NCBI GenBank assembly: GCA_027488415.1 | Contig: JAIYBS010000210.1 | Span: forward strand, 1-37,948 | DNA length: 37,948 nt | DNA from: Planctomycetaceae bacterium | Lineage (GTDB): Bacteria > Planctomycetota > Phycisphaerae > Phycisphaerales > SM1A02 | Reading direction: 5' to 3' | Shown: piece after piece, positions 34,951-37,948 of the stretch | How positions within the stretch are numbered: position 1 is the first letter of the stretch | Layout: each line of letters opens with the position of its first letter | Notes under the pieces: model-generated | What the model saw: only the letters and a program-made list of their open reading frames with translations | Told to the model about the DNA's origin: nothing | Databases searched by the model: none | Program-made: the position numbers and the translations under genes

Positions 34951-35535
34951 TCAGTCCGGGTGCTTGAGCTGCGACGCGAGCCACGCACGCGCCAGGGCCA
35001 CGTCCCGTTCGACGGTCGCCACCGAAACCTTGAGGAGGTCCGCGACCACCGGCACGGTGAGTCCGCCGATCACGTGGAGCGAGAGCGCCTCGGCGCGCCT
35101 CGGCTCGCGTTCCGCGAGCTCGGCGAGCTTCTCGTGGAGGAATTCGACGTCGGCCGCGAGCAGCGCGTCCTCGTCCGGCGAGCGGTCGGTCCCGGGCGTG
35201 TCGTGGGCATCGAGCGGCAGCGCCGCCTTGCCGCCGCCTCGCTTGAGCGCATGCTTGCGCCGGCGGCGGTCGGCGAGGATCCGGACGAACAGCATCGTCG
35301 CGATCGCGGCGAGGTGGTTCCGGTCGTTGATCTTCGTTTCCTGCTTGAGCAGCTTGGTGAAGGTCTCGCCGAGCAGCGACGTCGGGCTGAGCGTGGTCGC
35401 TCCGCCCTGAAGCCGTGCCGCCAGCAGCTGCCGTTCAGCCAGGGATCGCAGGTCGCCGTAGTGCTCGGCCAGCATCGCCGGAATGCCGACGAGCCCGGCG
35501 TCGCCGGCGGGGAGGTTGCTGTGCTCGTCGTTCAT
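34951..35535 (-). CDS. ECF sigma factor, TIGR02999-like (Sigma70_ECF family common in Planctomycetes/Verrucomicrobia/Acidobacteria)
   Basis: Track ORF 34951..35622. I prefer ATG 35535 (194 aa). YGDLRSLAERQLL...TLSPTSLLGETFTKLL...HLAAIATMLFVRILADRRRRKHALKRGG...EALSLHVIGGLTVPVVADLLKVSVATVERDVALARAWL fits that family. The start is uncertain. Confidence 0.8.
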   Translation of the reverse strand: MNDEHSNLPAGDAGLVGIPAMLAEHYGDLRSLAERQLLAARLQGGATTLSPTSLLGETFTKLLKQETKINDRNHLAAIATMLFVRILADRRRRKHALKRGGGKAALPLDAHDTPGTDRSPDEDALLAADVEFLHEKLAELAEREPRRAEALSLHVIGGLTVPVVADLLKVSVATVERDVALARAWLASQLKHPD

Positions 35536-35759
35536 GGAGCGTTCGGGGTGAACGCAAGCTCTCCCCGGAATCAACGCGCAATCCGCGGACGAACCCCTCA
35601 CGAGTTTTGGGGAATCAAACACGTATTTAGAGGATCGATTCGGATTGTTTTGCGCCGATTGGCCAATAGCCTGTGCCGGCCTGCTCGCATCCGATGGATC
35701 CGCCCCGGCGAACCCGTCGAGCGCTCCCGAAGGTCGCGCAACCCATACAGGAACCCCCC

Positions 35760-36359
35760 ATGTCGAAAAAGCTCATTGCCTCCGCGCTCGGCGTCGTCTC
35801 GATGGTCACCGGCTTCGGTGCCGGCCAGGCCGTCTCCCAGCCCGGTGCCGCGCCCGGCAAGACGCTCTTCTCGTTCAAGGTGCAGTCGCTCACCGGTTCG
35901 GCGGTCGACCTCGCCGAGTACCGCGGCAAGGCGGTCCTCGTGGTGAACGTCGCGAGCAAGTGCGGCTACACGCCGCAGTACGCGGACCTCGAGTCGGTGT
36001 GGAAGGAGTTCAAGGACAAGGGCCTCGTCGTGATCGGGTTCCCCTGCAACGACTTCGGCGGGCAGGAGCCCGGCAACGCGTCGGAGATCGGCGAGTTCTG
36101 CCGCAAGAACTACGGCGTCACCTTCCCGATGATGTCCAAGGTGCAGACCAAGGCCGGCGAGGGGCAGAGCGACGTCTACGCGTTCCTCTCCGCGGCGACG
36201 GGCAAGCTGCCGAGCTGGAACTTCGGCAAGTACCTCGTGGGCCGCGACGGCACGCCGATCGCGTTCTTCGGTTCGGGCGTCAAGCCGACCGGCGAGGAAC
36301 TGCGCGCCGCGATCGAGAAGGCGCTCGCGAAGGCGCCCGAATCGAAGCCCGTATCCTGA
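35760..36359 (+). CDS. Glutathione peroxidase (Cys-type) with N-terminal signal peptide
   Basis: In-frame ATG 35760 within track ORF 35673..36359, preceded by AGGA (35749..35752). The signal is MSKKLIASALGVVSMVTGFGAGQA. GPx blocks VNVASKCGYT, GFPCNDFGGQEPG and WNFGKYLV are present. Confidence 0.9.
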   Translation: MSKKLIASALGVVSMVTGFGAGQAVSQPGAAPGKTLFSFKVQSLTGSAVDLAEYRGKAVLVVNVASKCGYTPQYADLESVWKEFKDKGLVVIGFPCNDFGGQEPGNASEIGEFCRKNYGVTFPMMSKVQTKAGEGQSDVYAFLSAATGKLPSWNFGKYLVGRDGTPIAFFGSGVKPTGEELRAAIEKALAKAPESKPVS

Positions 36360-36363
36360 CCGG

Positions 36364-37948
36364 ATGCTCGTGAACTGCCGCCGGATCCTGGCTCGCGCCC
36401 CGCGCAACCTGCTTGCGGGCGCGGTCCTCCTCGCCTTGCCGTCGCTCGCCTCGCCCGCGTGCGCGGGCTCGCTCGAGGACGCGCTCCGGCTCGTCCCCGC
36501 CGACGCCGCGTCGGTGCTGGTGATCCCGAGCGTCAAGGGCGCGAGCGATGACCTGCAGCTCGCGATCGACCGGATGGGCAAGGCCGAGGCCGCGCTCGGC
36601 GGCCGCCCGATCGACCTGCTGAAGGCGCAGGCCGGCATCGGCCCAGGCTTCGACGACAAGGGACCGCTCGCGGCGTGGACCGTCGCGAACGGCACGGGCC
36701 TCGCGATCTGCGCGGCGTTCCCGGTGACCGACGCGGACGCGTTCGTCGCCTCGACCCTCGTCGACGCGCCGGAGCTCGGCGAGGGCGCGATGCGGGGCCG
36801 CAACTCCGCGAGCGCCGTGTGGATCCGCAAGGCCGGATCGCACGTGGTGCTCGCGAACCGGAAGGACGCGCTCGCGTCGTGGGAGCCGAAGGACGGCTTC
36901 GCCGCGCGGCTCGGCGAGCGGATCGGTCGGCGCGGCATGGAGATCGTCCGCACCGGCGACCTCTTCGCGTGGGCGTCCGAGCCCGTGATGCGCGAGTGGG
37001 CATCGGCCGCGCGGGCCGCTGCCGGGCTCGATTCCCAGGTCGCCTCGATGTTCCCCGCAGGCTCGAAGGAAGCGGGCGCGGCCGGGCAGATCGCCTCCAT
37101 CGGCAAGGGCCGCGAGCGGAGCGCGCAGCTCCTCGAGCAACTGACCGACGGGCTGGTCGCCGTCGACTTCGACGCGCTCGCCGTGGGCGTGCGCGCGTGG
37201 GCGCACTTCGCCGAGGGCTCGGAGTTCGCGAAGGCGATCCCGGCGTCCGGGCCGGCGCCGCGCGAGGTCGCAGCGCTGCTGTCGCGGCTCCCCGACGCGT
37301 CGATGTACGGCGCGATGGGAATCGACCTCAAGGCGATGGGCGGCCTCGCGCACCTGCGCTCCATCCTCGCGACGATGCCCGAGGGCGATCGCCTGAAGCT
37401 TCCGGAGTGGATCGACGCGGTGCAGGACAAGGTCGACGGCGTGCAGGTCGCTGCCTATCCGAGCCGGCTCGGGCTGATGGTCGGCGGGCTGCTGAACGAC
37501 GCGTCGCTCGTGGTGCTCACCTCCGATCCGGCGGCCGTGAAGGCCGGGCTCCGCGCCTGGGTCGAGTCGCAGTCGGGCGAGCGCGGCGGCGTCCGCACCG
37601 AGCCCACGTGGGAGGACGCGCGGCAGCTGAAGGACGGCAGCACCGTCGCGGCATTCGCCGTGAAGGAGACCGTCACCGGCCCGGGGCCGGACGCGATGGA
37701 GCGCCTCGCGAAGCAGCTCCTCGTCAGCAGCCGCGGGCTGCACGGCTTCGCGCGCGAGGTGCCGGGGGCGCTCGTCGTCACCTACAGCCAGCGCACCGAC
37801 GTGCTCGACCGCGCGACGAAGGCCGCCTCGGGCGGCGGGAAGTCGCTGGCGACGAACGGCATGGTGCGCTCGATGGCGCCGTGGCTCGTGCCGGACGCCG
37901 ACCTCGTCGCGTTCATCGGCGTGGGCGAGCTGCTCGGCGCCGCGCAGC
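36364..37948 (+). CDS. Secreted protein of unknown function (partial; continues past window end, at least 528 aa)
   Basis: Absent from the ORF track because it has no stop in the window. I checked every codon from ATG 36364 to 37947 and the frame is open with high GC3. The N-terminus MLVNCRRILARAPRNLLAGAVLLALPSLASPACAG is signal-peptide-like. It starts 4 nt after the GPx stop. Confidence 0.65.
   Translation, partial: MLVNCRRILARAPRNLLAGAVLLALPSLASPACAGSLEDALRLVPADAASVLVIPSVKGASDDLQLAIDRMGKAEAALGGRPIDLLKAQAGIGPGFDDKGPLAAWTVANGTGLAICAAFPVTDADAFVASTLVDAPELGEGAMRGRNSASAVWIRKAGSHVVLANRKDALASWEPKDGFAARLGERIGRRGMEIVRTGDLFAWASEPVMREWASAARAAAGLDSQVASMFPAGSKEAGAAGQIASIGKGRERSAQLLEQLTDGLVAVDFDALAVGVRAWAHFAEGSEFAKAIPASGPAPREVAALLSRLPDASMYGAMGIDLKAMGGLAHLRSILATMPEGDRLKLPEWIDAVQDKVDGVQVAAYPSRLGLMVGGLLNDASLVVLTSDPAAVKAGLRAWVESQSGERGGVRTEPTWEDARQLKDGSTVAAFAVKETVTGPGPDAMERLAKQLLVSSRGLHGFAREVPGALVVTYSQRTDVLDRATKAASGGGKSLATNGMVRSMAPWLVPDADLVAFIGVGELLGAAQ

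Overview
Very high-GC chromosomal segment (about 70 % or more by eye, not computed). I can support 29 protein genes, one TPP riboswitch and one strong terminator-like hairpin. I see no rRNA, tRNA, CRISPR array, cas gene, transposase or integrase. The GC content fills the six-frame track with long spurious ORFs, several over 1000 aa, Arg/Ala/Gly/Pro-rich and antisense to recognisable genes. I chose frames by recognisable protein families, signal peptides, third-position GC and gene junctions. Housekeeping content: a ribB-type riboflavin gene, thiC behind a TPP riboswitch, an aroD-aroE fusion, aroC, pepP, phhA and a glutathione peroxidase. Other content: an OMF-MFP-RND efflux operon, an overlapping metallophosphoesterase + GT28 glycolipid-synthase pair and two ECF sigma factors. 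Four secreted proteins (a 7-blade FG-GAP protein, an S8 subtilase, a PepSY-repeat protein and an unknown 347-aa protein) all end in the same twin dockerin-like Ca-binding repeat. That tag, the TIGR02999-like ECF sigma and the AroDE fusion suggest Planctomycetota, possibly Phycisphaerae-like; this is inference only. The most interesting locus is the minus-strand unit from 22923 down to 16207. It encodes an ECF sigma, a small soluble partner, a translationally coupled TPR-CHAT caspase-like protease, then the dockerin-tagged subtilase and the PepSY protein. This repeats the sigma / cleavable partner / TPR-CHAT logic of the type III-E CRISPR (Craspase) accessory module, but no CRISPR-Cas component is present in the window. 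Two genes run off the window edges and are therefore missing from the supplied ORF track (complement 1..999 and 36364..37948).
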